Shown one piece after another: positions 9,860-20,488 of a DNA stretch of 64,000 nucleotides. Location of the stretch: NCBI GenBank assembly GCA_034003985.1, contig JAVEXP010000001.1, positions 1,574 to 65,573 on the forward strand, read 5' to 3'. Both the position numbers and the translations under genes were made by a program. The DNA comes from Patescibacteria group bacterium. Lineage in GTDB: Bacteria > Patescibacteriota > Patescibacteriia > Buchananbacterales > UBA6539. How positions within the stretch are numbered: position 1 is the stretch's first letter; every line of letters starts with the position of its first letter. The notes below the pieces were generated by a model that ran no database searches, was not told where the DNA came from, and worked only from the letters and a program-made list of their open reading frames with translations.

Positions 9860-11200
9860 TTAAAATAAATCAAGAATTTGGGCTAGGGTTTTTACTTGGT
9901 TTATTTTGATTTCCGCGCCGGTAATTTTTTCTTTGGTTGCTGGAATAATGATTTGTTTAAATCCCAGTCGCCGGGCTTCATTGATTCTTTGGGCCGTTTG
10001 ATTGACGGATCTGATTTCTCCCCCCAAGCCAACTTCACCAAAGGCAACAGTATCTTGGGGCAATGATTTATTTTTGAGAGCCGAAATTACAGCCAAACAG
10101 ACCGGTAAATCAAGAGCCGGTTCGGAAATTTTTAAACCGCCGACCAGGTTGAGATAGATATCTTGATTGGCCAACTTTAGGCCAAGCCGCTGAGCGATAG
10201 TGGCACTTAAGAGCTGCAGCCGATTTAGGTCAAACCCGTTGGTTTTGCGTTGAGGATAGCCAAAGTTGGTGGTGTTTACCAGCGCTTGAATTTCAAGCAT
10301 GAATATTCTGGAACCTTCCACGGCGGCGGTGATTACCGAACCGGGGATATGGTTTTTGTTTTCCAAAAATATTACGGATGGGTCGTGGACCTCGACTAGT
10401 CCCCGTGATTGCATTTCAAAAATACCAACTTCGGCGGTTGAACCAAAACGATTCTTAGCCCCGCGAAGAATTCGAAAAGCGTGATATTGATCACCTTCTA
10501 AGTACAAGACAACATCCACTAGATGTTCTAAGGTTTTTGGTCCGGCGACTTCGCCGAATTTGGTGACATGACCGATGACAATAATTGTTTGGCCGTAATG
10601 TTTGGCCGTTTCCAACAATTTGGTGGTACAAATTCTGACTTGGTTAATGCTGCCACTGGCCGAAGGCGCTTCCTGAGAATAAATTGTTTGGATGGAATCA
10701 ATGATGGTTAAACTAGGCTTTTCGTTAATAATCGTGGCAATGATGGTTTCAACATTTGTTTCACCAAGAAATTTCAGGTGCTGATCATTTATTTTAAGCC
10801 GGTCAATTCGGGTTTTGATTTGTTCGGCGGATTCTTCACCTGAGACATAAAGACAATTTCCCTTAAGGTTGTTTAGCAACTGTAAAACGAGAGTTGATTT
10901 GCCAATTCCCGGTTCTCCACCCAAAAGGATCAGTGAACCATTGACGATTCCGCCACCTAATACCCGATCGAATTCTTCAAGCCCGGTTTTGGTTCGGGAA
11001 AAATCTTGAGCGGTAATATTATTAAAATCCACCACTTTGCCCGGGGCAGAGGTGGCGGATTTATTGGTTTCGGGTACTTGACTAAGGCTGGTTTTTTCTA
11101 GAGTTCCCCATTTGCCGCACTCCGGACAGCGACCCTGCCATTTGGGCGATTGGGCATCACAATGGGAACAGATGAATAACTCGGAACTTTGCTTGGACAT
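9860..11200 (-). CDS. radA: DNA repair protein RadA/Sms
   Basis: C4 zinc finger, GGEPGIGKST, KNRFG motif, Lon-like C-terminus. Confidence 0.97.
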   Translation of the reverse strand: MSKQSSELFICSHCDAQSPKWQGRCPECGKWGTLEKTSLSQVPETNKSATSAPGKVVDFNNITAQDFSRTKTGLEEFDRVLGGGIVNGSLILLGGEPGIGKSTLVLQLLNNLKGNCLYVSGEESAEQIKTRIDRLKINDQHLKFLGETNVETIIATIINEKPSLTIIDSIQTIYSQEAPSASGSINQVRICTTKLLETAKHYGQTIIVIGHVTKFGEVAGPKTLEHLVDVVLYLEGDQYHAFRILRGAKNRFGSTAEVGIFEMQSRGLVEVHDPSVIFLENKNHIPGSVITAAVEGSRIFMLEIQALVNTTNFGYPQRKTNGFDLNRLQLLSATIAQRLGLKLANQDIYLNLVGGLKISEPALDLPVCLAVISALKNKSLPQDTVAFGEVGLGGEIRSVNQTAQRINEARRLGFKQIIIPATKEKITGAEIKINQVKTLAQILDLF

Positions 11201-11207
11201 AAGGGAA

Positions 11208-12479
11208 TTATTTCAACTTGATGTTGTATAATTTACCATCAGTTTTGCTTTGAAAATACAAATAGGTTTCATTGTCGGTAACAATTAGGCTTTCGATGTT
11301 GTGATTGCTTTGAGGAGTGGCAATTTTGGAACTAAAGCCGGTAGTCAAATCAATTTTATAAATGTCTGTAGGTGAATTATCGTAATCTTGTTTGTAAATG
11401 CCGGCGCCGGTTTCCAGAGAACGCGGGACAGCACAGTAAATCGTGGTATTGTTGGCAAAAGTACATTTATCCGTCCAGGTTTCCAGTTTAAGATTGGAAC
11501 GGGCCTGACCAATTTGATTGCCTTGGGCGTCAACAATCCAAAGAGTTGGTTTATAGTCGGTTTGGCTGGAATAAACACTATAAAGCAATTTATCGCCATT
11601 GGTTGACCATTGGCCTTCAAATCCCCGGCCTTCAACAATCGTGGATTTAAAGTTTTCGCCGTTTAAACCGACAAAATATAAGTTTTGTCGATCAAAATCT
11701 TTATCTTCCCTAAACATGGCGATGATTTGGTTGTTGGGCGACCAGCTTGATATAACTGTTGAATCCTTGTCACCAAGATGCTCAATCTTTTGGGCCCTTG
11801 AACCGTCGGCCGAAGCTACCGCCAACCAGCGACTTTCGGCGCTGGAACCCATACTTTTGAATACCAAATTTTGGCCATTTGGCGAAAAACTGAAATCTTG
11901 CCAATGTTGAGGCAAGGTTACTTGTTGATTAGTAGAAAAATCATAGACAATGTTGGAACCATCGGGGTATTCCAGGACCGCTTTATTCATGTCTGAAGAC
12001 CAGGTGATGTTTTCGACTTGGAAAAAAATTTCATCACTTAGGGCACTGGTTTGACCGTTGGGATTGATTCTGTAAAATAAACCGCTGTTGGTGTCATAAT
12101 AGACAACGCTGCTGCCGTCAGAGGCTAGGGCCGGTTGGTAAGTTTGGCCGGTAGTAAGCGCCGTGGTTTTGGTGACACCACCATTGGCCACCTCGGAAAC
12201 AGTCTGGGTGCCGGGGGGGATTGGGCCGGGGATATCAATATTGGAATTGATATTGCCAGTAGACGGTAGGCCGCCATTAATATTGCCGGCCGTGGGAATA
12301 TTAACATTAGTGCCAGTAGACGGTAGGCCGCCGGTATTGGTGTTGATATTGGTGTTGGCATTGGTTGGCTGGCTAGGCACTGACGGTTCTAAGAATAAAA
12401 AATACAAAAGATAGCCGATGACAATAACAAAAGCGATAAATAAAGCTAATAAAACGATTCTTTTCCAATTGAGGGACAT
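11208..12479 (-). CDS. Membrane-anchored TolB-like beta-propeller protein with Asn/Pro-rich linker
   Basis: N-terminal TM; repeated WSP/FSP/WST propeller-like units. Confidence 0.7.
   Translation of the reverse strand: MSLNWKRIVLLALFIAFVIVIGYLLYFLFLEPSVPSQPTNANTNINTNTGGLPSTGTNVNIPTAGNINGGLPSTGNINSNIDIPGPIPPGTQTVSEVANGGVTKTTALTTGQTYQPALASDGSSVVYYDTNSGLFYRINPNGQTSALSDEIFFQVENITWSSDMNKAVLEYPDGSNIVYDFSTNQQVTLPQHWQDFSFSPNGQNLVFKSMGSSAESRWLAVASADGSRAQKIEHLGDKDSTVISSWSPNNQIIAMFREDKDFDRQNLYFVGLNGENFKSTIVEGRGFEGQWSTNGDKLLYSVYSSQTDYKPTLWIVDAQGNQIGQARSNLKLETWTDKCTFANNTTIYCAVPRSLETGAGIYKQDYDNSPTDIYKIDLTTGFSSKIATPQSNHNIESLIVTDNETYLYFQSKTDGKLYNIKLK
12254..12332. repeat. 22-bp intragenic direct repeat (12254-12275 and 12311-12332) encoding GGLPSTG twice
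   Basis: TGCCAGTAGACGGTAGGCCGCC occurs twice, 57 nt apart. Confidence 0.9.
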
Positions 12480-12513
12480 ATAATTTTACTGTTTATATTT
12501 TAACATTTATTTC

Positions 12514-13470
12514 TCAATCTAAACAGCTGCCAGCCCCTCGACCGATGATGTAACCGCCAACACATTTGATGGCTTTCCAGCTGAAGCCGAAAGTGGCATA
12601 TAGAGTTTCGAGCGGATGGCTCCAAGCGTACATTAACATTCCAACTATGGTTGCAATGATAATGACTATCATTACAATGATAAAATCAACCAATACCACC
12701 AAACCTTTTTTCCAAACAGGAATTTTATATTTATTGTCTACAAAGGCCGAATAGAACCATTCAGCGTGGGCGGTGATGATAAAAACCGGACCAGAAAAAA
12801 TAATATCCCCAACTGATGATCCGGCACCAGTAAAAAGTTTTATGCCATCCATCATCCTTTGAAAATTTTTATAGGGATTCAAATTGTCTTTTTCGTCATT
12901 GGTTTTTTGTTTGGCCAGTTGGCGGCTAAGGTTCACCCTTTCTCTTAATTGGCTGCCAAAATTTTTTGTTTCCTCACCAATTTTTTTCGTAGTTTGGCCG
13001 GCTTTCTCTAAACCTTGTCCGCCAGCTTCGGCAGCCCGGCCAACTGCTTTGCCAACGCCTTGGCCGACTTTACCTCCAGTTTGCGCGCCGGCCCTCGCAC
13101 CGGCTGCGGCACCGGCCAAAGTTCCCGCTCCCGGGATAACCGATCCGGCGATGGCGCCGGTAACGCCGCCAATTGCTCCGCCAACTCCTGCCCCGGCGGC
13201 CATCCCGGCTGGTTCGGCGGCCCGAGCGGCAGTTTTGGTGGCCTTGCCGGCGAGTTCCATACCGGTTCCGGCCGCTTTGGCCGTGGTCCCGACTTTTTGG
13301 GAGACATTGCCGATTTTTTCAGTAAGATTGCTTTGGCGATCAGCTGAACGATTCTGGTAAAGTTGACGACCATATTGCCGTTCTTCTTGTGGTTGGGAAG
13401 GTGCCAAATTACCCAATTCAAAGTTATTCTTTGGAGATTCTTCGGGAAATTGTGGTACGGTTTGAGCCAT
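12514..13470 (-). CDS. Hypothetical membrane protein with Gly/Ala-rich (glycine zipper-like) segment and C-terminal TM helices
   Basis: GAGVGGAIGGVTGAIAG..PGAGTLAGAAAG; in operon between clpC and the propeller gene. Confidence 0.75.
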   Translation of the reverse strand: MAQTVPQFPEESPKNNFELGNLAPSQPQEERQYGRQLYQNRSADRQSNLTEKIGNVSQKVGTTAKAAGTGMELAGKATKTAARAAEPAGMAAGAGVGGAIGGVTGAIAGSVIPGAGTLAGAAAGARAGAQTGGKVGQGVGKAVGRAAEAGGQGLEKAGQTTKKIGEETKNFGSQLRERVNLSRQLAKQKTNDEKDNLNPYKNFQRMMDGIKLFTGAGSSVGDIIFSGPVFIITAHAEWFYSAFVDNKYKIPVWKKGLVVLVDFIIVMIVIIIATIVGMLMYAWSHPLETLYATFGFSWKAIKCVGGYIIGRGAGSCLD

Positions 13471-13475
13471 TGCAA

Positions 13476-15956
13476 TCAGATAGTTATTTTGTCATTTCTG
13501 ACTTTGATTGTTATTTTCTGGCGGTTGGTTTTACTGTTTAAGATTGTTTCAGCTAGTTGGTTTTCCACCAAGTCTTGGATATTTTTTTTAACCAAGCGCG
13601 CGCCGGTTTGGGGATCGTAACTTTTATTGGCCAGGTATTTGACGAGAGCCGGTTCCCAGGTTAGTTTAATTTTTTGTTTGGCCAAGCGTTGTTGGAGTTC
13701 TTGGATCTGCCGGTTAGTGATTTTGGTCAGGGCCGATTTATTCAAAGGCTCAAAAACGATGGTGCGATCTATCCGGCTCAAAAATTCAGGCGGAAACTTA
13801 GTTTGGAGTTTTTTTAGAACTTCGTGTTTGATTTCTTCAAAATTGGTTTTTAGATTTTGCCCGCCAATTTTATCGTTAAACCCCAGTGCGGCTTGGTGAT
13901 TAAATTTTTCGGAGCCGAGATTCGAAGTCATGATAATAATGGTATTTTTGAAATTTATACTTTTGCCAGTAGCATCAGTTAAAACGCCGTCTTCCAAAAT
14001 TTGGAGCAGCAGATTAAAGATTTGCGGGTGAGCTTTTTCAATTTCATCCAGTAATACCACGCTGTAAGGGCGTTTTTTTACAGCATCGGTTAGTTTGGCA
14101 CTTTCCCGATAACCGATGTAACCGGCGGGCGCGCCAATTAATTTGGACATATTAAAACTCTCGGCAAACTCCGACATGTCGATTTTGATTAACGATTTGC
14201 TTGAGCCAAAAACCGTCTGGGCCAATACTTTAGCCAATTCAGTTTTGCCAACGCCGGAAGGACCAAGAAAAATAAATGACCCGATTGGCCGGTTGGCGTC
14301 ATTGATGCCGGTTTTGGAACGCCGGACAAACTCAGCGACGGCGCCAACGGCTGATGGTTGGCTGATAATTTTTTGGGCGATGGTTTTTTCCAGGTTGAGT
14401 AACTTGGTTTTTTCGGCAGTTACTAATTTAACAGCGGGAATGCCGGTAGCTTTGGAAACTATCTGGGAAATTTCATTGGCGGTAATTTGGGGCAAGGATT
14501 GATGTTTAAATTGAAGATTTTTTTCTTTTAAATCTTTGAGTTGGTTGATTAATTGCTGCTCCTGGTCGCGATATTTTAAGGCGGTAGCATAGTTTTCTTG
14601 AGTTACCGCTTGATTTTTATCATTAGTTATTTTTTTAAGCTGGTTTTCCAACAGCCCAATTTTTTTATTAAGTGGGTTGGCGGAATTTTTTATTTTGGCG
14701 GCGGAACAGGCTTCGTCAATCAAATCAATCGCTTTATCCGGCAAAAAGCGGTCGCTGATATACCGTTCTGATAGCTCGGCGGCGGCAACCAAAGCATCGG
14801 CAGAAATTTTTACCTGATGAAACAATTCATAGTTGCTTTTAATCCCTTCCAAAATAGCGATGGTCTCGGCCACTGACGGTTCGGTTACGACAATTGATTG
14901 AAAACGCCGTTCCAAGGCCGGATCGGTTTCAATATTTTTTTTGTATTCTTCAATGGTTGTCGCGCCGATGCAGCGAATTTCACCCCGAGCCAGGGACGGC
15001 TTGAGAATGTTGGCGGCATCCATGGAACCGCTGGCGCCGCCGGTGCCGATAAGGTTATGGATTTCATCAATAAATAGGATGATGGCGGGGTTGGTTTTTG
15101 CCTCATTAATAATTTGCTTTAACCGATTTTCAAATTCCCCGCGAAAGCTGGTGCCGGCCACGATTAAGCTTAAATCAAGGGCATAGATTTTTTTGTCAGC
15201 CAAAAAATTTGGCACCTGGCCAAGGGCGATTTGTTTGGCTAGGCCCTCGACAATCGCGGTTTTACCGACCCCGGGATCGCCCAACAGCAGCGGATTGTTT
15301 TTGGTGCGGCGGGAAAGAATCTGGATTAATCTTTCAATTTCATCTTGGCGGCCGATTAGCGGATCAATATTGCTTTGGATTTTTTGATCAGTCAATTCCG
15401 TACCAAAAACATCAAGGATGGCAGTTCGGGAAGCGGCTGGATTGTTTAAGCCGGGGACTTCAACCCCCGAAGCTTGATCCAGATAATTAAGCGAATCGGC
15501 CAAATCGGGGAACTTGGAAGTGCTTTTTAAGACATTATTAACCTGTTGTTGAATATTCAGCCGATTAATACCCTTGGTCACCAACCATTGGTTGGTTAGT
15601 TGATCGCTGATTTCCAACAGCGAGGCCAGCAGGTGTTCGGTGCCGATATAACGGTGGTTGTTAAGACTGGCGATTAGAACTGATTTTTCCAGCAGCTTTT
15701 TGGCATTGTCCGAGAGGTAAACCTGGGTCAGGGAACTAAATTTTTGGTGCGCTTGTTCCAAGCTTTTTTTGATTTCAGCGTCTTTGATTTTGGCCTTGTT
15801 GAGAATTTGAAAGGCGATACTGCCTTTCTGCAAACTGAGACCGTAGAGAATGTGCTGTGGGGTAATAGTTTTATGACCGCTAGCCAGCGCAAAACCAAAT
15901 GCATTTTTTAAAGCATTTTTGGAATGACCGGTAAATTTTTGAAAGATTGAATCCAT
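13476..15956 (-). CDS. clpC: ATP-dependent Clp protease ATPase subunit ClpC
   Basis: Clp-N repeats, GDPGVGKT and GPSGVGKT Walker A motifs, UVR-like coiled coil. Confidence 0.93.
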   Translation of the reverse strand: MDSIFQKFTGHSKNALKNAFGFALASGHKTITPQHILYGLSLQKGSIAFQILNKAKIKDAEIKKSLEQAHQKFSSLTQVYLSDNAKKLLEKSVLIASLNNHRYIGTEHLLASLLEISDQLTNQWLVTKGINRLNIQQQVNNVLKSTSKFPDLADSLNYLDQASGVEVPGLNNPAASRTAILDVFGTELTDQKIQSNIDPLIGRQDEIERLIQILSRRTKNNPLLLGDPGVGKTAIVEGLAKQIALGQVPNFLADKKIYALDLSLIVAGTSFRGEFENRLKQIINEAKTNPAIILFIDEIHNLIGTGGASGSMDAANILKPSLARGEIRCIGATTIEEYKKNIETDPALERRFQSIVVTEPSVAETIAILEGIKSNYELFHQVKISADALVAAAELSERYISDRFLPDKAIDLIDEACSAAKIKNSANPLNKKIGLLENQLKKITNDKNQAVTQENYATALKYRDQEQQLINQLKDLKEKNLQFKHQSLPQITANEISQIVSKATGIPAVKLVTAEKTKLLNLEKTIAQKIISQPSAVGAVAEFVRRSKTGINDANRPIGSFIFLGPSGVGKTELAKVLAQTVFGSSKSLIKIDMSEFAESFNMSKLIGAPAGYIGYRESAKLTDAVKKRPYSVVLLDEIEKAHPQIFNLLLQILEDGVLTDATGKSINFKNTIIIMTSNLGSEKFNHQAALGFNDKIGGQNLKTNFEEIKHEVLKKLQTKFPPEFLSRIDRTIVFEPLNKSALTKITNRQIQELQQRLAKQKIKLTWEPALVKYLANKSYDPQTGARLVKKNIQDLVENQLAETILNSKTNRQKITIKVRNDKITI

Positions 15957-16066
15957 GATTAAACCGTTTTGTTCGGTTGGCTGGTTAATTTTTTTAGATT
16001 TTTAGTCTGATTTAAATTGATTTTTGACAGTTTGGCTTGCCTAGCCATTCTTAACTTTATCCAAAA

Positions 16067-16972
16067 TCAAATCATTTGGCGCAGAGCCGCAACCCGTTCA
16101 GTAATTGGCGGATGAGTAGCGAACAAATTGGAAAAAGCATGTTTGGTTCGGCCAAAGGGCGAAGCGATATAGAGATGGGCCGTGGCATTGTTGGCCTTTT
16201 TAACCGGCATTGATTCCTGAGATATTTTTTCCAGAGCTCGGGCCAGGCCTTCGGGGTATCTGGTCAGCAGCGATCCGGAAGCGTCAGCCAGGAACTCTCG
16301 TTTGCGAGAAATCGCCAATTGGATAAGTTTTCCAATCAGGGGCGAGAGGATTAATAAGACAACACCGGCAATCAATAAGATAGCTTGAAGCTGGTTGCTG
16401 CCGCTGTTACGATTGTCGCTGCCTTTTGAGGAGCCACCCCAAAATTTGATTCTAATAAACCAATCGGAAAGCAGGGCAATTAAGCCAACCAAAACAATGA
16501 CAATTGTCATCAGTAAAATGTCGTAGTTTTTAATGTGGGAAAGTTCGTGGGCCAGTACTCCCTCCAGTTCTTCATTTTCCAATTTATCAATCGCGCCGGT
16601 AGTTACGGCGATTGAAGCGTGCTGGGGGTTGCGGCCGGTGGCAAAGGCGTTAATCGCCGGGTCGGGGATAAGGTAGACCTTGGGAACAGGCAGGCCGGCG
16701 GTGATGCTTAAATTTTCAACCAGGCGGTAGAGATAGGGATTGTCTTCTTTGACCAATGGTCCTTTGGCGCCGGCGGTGCTGAGGGCGACCTTGTCGCCGT
16801 AAAAATAGCTACTTAGAGACATTATAATGGAAACCCCGGCAGCAATGACTAAGCCGGAATAGCCTAACTCGGTTGTCTGGGAAAAAGCAAAACCAACCAG
16901 CATAATAATTGCCACAAATCCGGCAATTAAAATGGCGGTTTTTCTTTTATTGCTGTCAATCTGATTGTACAT
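16067..16972 (-). CDS. htpX: Zinc metalloprotease HtpX (M48)
   Basis: NAFATGR, HELSH, REFLAD, THPP motifs. Confidence 0.95.
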   Translation of the reverse strand: MYNQIDSNKRKTAILIAGFVAIIMLVGFAFSQTTELGYSGLVIAAGVSIIMSLSSYFYGDKVALSTAGAKGPLVKEDNPYLYRLVENLSITAGLPVPKVYLIPDPAINAFATGRNPQHASIAVTTGAIDKLENEELEGVLAHELSHIKNYDILLMTIVIVLVGLIALLSDWFIRIKFWGGSSKGSDNRNSGSNQLQAILLIAGVVLLILSPLIGKLIQLAISRKREFLADASGSLLTRYPEGLARALEKISQESMPVKKANNATAHLYIASPFGRTKHAFSNLFATHPPITERVAALRQMI

Positions 16973-16981
16973 CCCGTTATC

Positions 16982-17536
16982 TTAGAATTTTACCTGGACA
17001 TTTTCCCGTTCGCCGTTTTCGGCTTGGAAAAAATCAAAGTTTTTGAAGCCCAAGATTCCCACTACCAGATTATTGGGGAAGGTTTGCGTTTTGGTATTGA
17101 AGTCTCGGACATTGCCATTGTAGAATCGTCTGGCGGCTTGAATTTTGTTTTCGGTATCGGAAAGCTCATCTTGAAGCTGAAGGAAATTTTGGGAAGCTTT
17201 TAAATCAGGATAATTTTCGGCCACTGCAAAAATTGATTTTAAAGTCTGAGATAAAACATTTTCGGCTTGGCCTTTTTCTTCTACTCCTTGAGCGTTAATC
17301 GCGTTGGACCGGGCTTGGGTTACTTTTTCAAACAGTTCTTTTTCGTGCTGGGCATAACCTTTGACAGTCTCCATCAGATTTGGAATCAAATCATGGCGTC
17401 TTTTAAGCTGAACATCAACATCGGAAAAAGCTTCCTGAGTTCGATTTTTTAGCCTGATTAAGCTGTTAAAGACCATAATTAGCCAGCCGATAATGACGGC
17501 GGCAACGACTATTATTACCCATAGATAGGTTGGCAT
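16982..17536 (-). CDS. lemA: LemA family protein
   Basis: VQLKRRHDLIPNL, VAENYPDLKA, ARRFYN; SD AGGAG upstream. Confidence 0.95.
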   Translation of the reverse strand: MPTYLWVIIVVAAVIIGWLIMVFNSLIRLKNRTQEAFSDVDVQLKRRHDLIPNLMETVKGYAQHEKELFEKVTQARSNAINAQGVEEKGQAENVLSQTLKSIFAVAENYPDLKASQNFLQLQDELSDTENKIQAARRFYNGNVRDFNTKTQTFPNNLVVGILGFKNFDFFQAENGERENVQVKF

Positions 17537-17743
17537 ATGATGTTTCTCCTTAATTCTTTACTAGGCTTTAACAATGTTGCCTAGAATTAATTTTTATGGT
17601 AAAATATATTTGAAGCAATTGCTTTTATTCGTATAAATTATATAATAAATAAGAGGTTTGGTCAAAATATTAGCGCCATTTTAATTTGACATAATTTTGC
17701 AATTAATTGACTTGTTTTAAAAACAAGCTAAACAAATAATTTT

Positions 17744-20488
17744 ATGAGCAAATTGCCAAGAAATTCTCAAAAAAAGGTCTTTTCGACGGTTTTAGTGACT
17801 ATTCTTTCAGTCACTTTTTTTATTACCGGCATAAGTTTTATTTATGCCCAATCCACTCAGCTGAATGACAATTGGCAGGGCCCGTCGGCTAATCCGCCGC
17901 TGGGTAATCCGGCCGGGTTCATCTTTAACGCCCGCGGCCGATCTGGGGCTCAGGAGGCAGATATCAATATCAGCGGTGATTTGAATGTCGGCCAAGCCGC
18001 TCAGGTAAATTCTTTAACAGTGACTTCCGGTAATTTGGTGGCTAATCAGGATATTGATGTCAGCGGATCAGTCAATGTTGACGAAAGCATTTGTTTAAGC
18101 AGTGATTGCATTACTAACTGGGTTGATCTGGGCAATTTTTTGGATTTAACCGGTACTACCACGACATCGCCGTCTGAGTCATATTGGAATTATACCGGCG
18201 GGAATCTTATCAATAAAACCGCCGGCGCGGAGGGAACCGTGAGATTTTCCGATGCCGGCATCATTAGGAGCCAGGTTAATAATGGCGATTTTGCCACTCT
18301 TTCGGCCAGCGGCTCGGTTAACGGTTATTCCCAGCTGTCTTGGGGTAATAACAACAATTACCGATTGAGATTTTATTTTGACGGTGCGATCAGCCAGGCC
18401 GAGGTTATGACTTTGCTGGCTAATGGCAATGTCGGGATTGGGACCGCTGCTCCGGGTGGAAAGTTAGAAATTAGAACTGCCGCCGATCGCTCTCTGCTGA
18501 TTAATTCTTCCGCTGTTTCTGTCCCGGTGGATTTAAAGGCGGTCAATCCTCAAAATGCCAATAATTTAAGAGAGATGGAACTGCACGGAAATACCATCAG
18601 TCTTTCAACCGGCGCTACCAATGTGGCGGCCGGAACAAAAAGGCTGACTATAAACGAGAGTGGCAATGTTGGGATCAATACTGCTAATCCGGCGCAAAAG
18701 CTTGATGTTAATGGCGATATCCAGGTAAACAAAAGAATTATCTTTCCCCGAAAGACAACGACTGGCTTTCCCGGTGTAAATTATATTCAAACAATCAGTA
18801 ATGAAGAGAGTCCGGACAGGGAAAATCAAGATTTGGCAATTATGGCCCAAAGAAATTTATATCTCTTGATGAATGAACAGCCTTATGAGCAATTGGCCGG
18901 GGTTGGTGATTTAATTATTTCTCGGGATTCATTAGGCTATGCCGATAGCAATCCTTACTTAGTAGTTAAAAATGGCGGTAGTGTCGGTATTGGCCTAAGA
19001 AACCCATCGACTAACAGCAAATTAACCATTAATAACCCCACTGGCAACAATAAAACCGGTTTAACCATCACCAGCCAAAGCGGTCAAAATAAAATTGGCG
19101 TTGATTCCACAGTGGTTGCCGGCAACCAAAATATGGCCGGGCGCTTTACGGTGAGCGGGTCTTATTCAGCCCAAGCCAAGCTTGGCTATTCTCCTTATCA
19201 AGTCAACTTAAGCTATGGTGTTTGGGGCACAGGTACATCAGCTGGCGTCTATGGCGAAGGAATAAATGGGGTGGTCGGTTATGCCTCTAATCCATATGGC
19301 AGCATTGGCATTTACGGCTTAACCACTTATCACCCGGAAGTTAATTCGCAAGACGGCGGCAGTTCATACGCCGTTACTGCCGTTGCCCAAGGTTATGGTG
19401 ATGTTGCCGTGTATGCCGATGCCCGAGGTTCAAACGGCATTGCGATCCAAGGTGTTGGCAATAGTGATTTCAGTTGTGACCCCGGTTTACAGCCGCCTGG
19501 ATCCAGCTGTCCGCCGAATTACGGTTGGAACCAGTCTTCGTGGGCCGGTTGGTTTAGCGGTGGCAATGGGTTGTATGCTGAAAGATTATGGGTTGGTCGG
19601 AGTAGCGGGCTGACAGCCAGAATGATATCGGATGCATCGTCAGACGGGGTTAATACGGATTTTGCGGCGGCCGGAGTTTTTGCCAATAGCGCCAAGGCCA
19701 AGTATGCTTTTTTGGGGCTGGAAGGCGCAGCCGGACTTTTCTTTGGTGATGTCCAAATTTTGGGAAATATTGTCGGCAATAACACCATCACTGGCAATCT
19801 GAAAGTTAATGGCAATCTTACAGTTTCTGGTTCAAAGAGTTTTGTAATGGATCACCCGACAGATCCGACAAAAGAAATTCATTATGTTGCTTTGGAAGGC
19901 GGCGAATCGGGAACTTATGTCCGTGGTTCTGCTCAGCTGGTTAATGGCGAAGCGGTAGTCAATCTGCCGGAACATTTCAGCCTGGTAACGAGTGAACAGG
20001 GATTAACCGCCCAAGTCACGCCAACTTCAGATGTAGCCGGGCTGTATGTTGCCAATAAAAGCCCCAGACAGATAGTTGTCAGGGAAGCAAACGGCGGGAA
20101 AAGCAACGCAACTTTTGATTATTTGATCAATGGTGTAAGAAAAGGTTTTGAGAACAAACCGGTAATTATTGATAAGGAATCGGCTAAAAACGATTTAGCG
20201 CCGGTGGTTGAGGAAGAAATAGAGAATATTATTGCTCAGGCAGAAGCCGGCAATAAAGAAAGCGACAGGTATGTTCCGGCAGAAAATAATTCTTTATTAA
20301 ATAAAGTTTTGGAAAATAAAGCCTTGGAAGAAAAATTAGCTCAGGAAACGCAAGAGAGTCCTTTGCCGGAAGGCGAGGAGTCTGTAACGGATGGATCAGA
20401 TCAGCCGGTTCAGGCGGAAACGGCATCAAAACTTAATTGGTGGCAGAAATTAATTAATTTCTTCAAAGGCTTATTTAAGAGATCATAA
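17744..20488 (+). CDS. Large secreted fibre/adhesin-like protein with GNVGIGT repeats and putative C-terminal chaperone domain
   Basis: N-terminal signal/TM; three G(N/S)VGI(G/N)xxxP units; GSKSFVMDHP...LEG...YVRG...LPEHF domain. Confidence 0.75.
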   Translation: MSKLPRNSQKKVFSTVLVTILSVTFFITGISFIYAQSTQLNDNWQGPSANPPLGNPAGFIFNARGRSGAQEADINISGDLNVGQAAQVNSLTVTSGNLVANQDIDVSGSVNVDESICLSSDCITNWVDLGNFLDLTGTTTTSPSESYWNYTGGNLINKTAGAEGTVRFSDAGIIRSQVNNGDFATLSASGSVNGYSQLSWGNNNNYRLRFYFDGAISQAEVMTLLANGNVGIGTAAPGGKLEIRTAADRSLLINSSAVSVPVDLKAVNPQNANNLREMELHGNTISLSTGATNVAAGTKRLTINESGNVGINTANPAQKLDVNGDIQVNKRIIFPRKTTTGFPGVNYIQTISNEESPDRENQDLAIMAQRNLYLLMNEQPYEQLAGVGDLIISRDSLGYADSNPYLVVKNGGSVGIGLRNPSTNSKLTINNPTGNNKTGLTITSQSGQNKIGVDSTVVAGNQNMAGRFTVSGSYSAQAKLGYSPYQVNLSYGVWGTGTSAGVYGEGINGVVGYASNPYGSIGIYGLTTYHPEVNSQDGGSSYAVTAVAQGYGDVAVYADARGSNGIAIQGVGNSDFSCDPGLQPPGSSCPPNYGWNQSSWAGWFSGGNGLYAERLWVGRSSGLTARMISDASSDGVNTDFAAAGVFANSAKAKYAFLGLEGAAGLFFGDVQILGNIVGNNTITGNLKVNGNLTVSGSKSFVMDHPTDPTKEIHYVALEGGESGTYVRGSAQLVNGEAVVNLPEHFSLVTSEQGLTAQVTPTSDVAGLYVANKSPRQIVVREANGGKSNATFDYLINGVRKGFENKPVIIDKESAKNDLAPVVEEEIENIIAQAEAGNKESDRYVPAENNSLLNKVLENKALEEKLAQETQESPLPEGEESVTDGSDQPVQAETASKLNWWQKLINFFKGLFKRS

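Noticed and set aside
12884-13475. Several long overlapping alternative-frame ORFs
   Set aside because: Shadows of the GC-rich Gly/Ala-coding segment of the minus-strand gene
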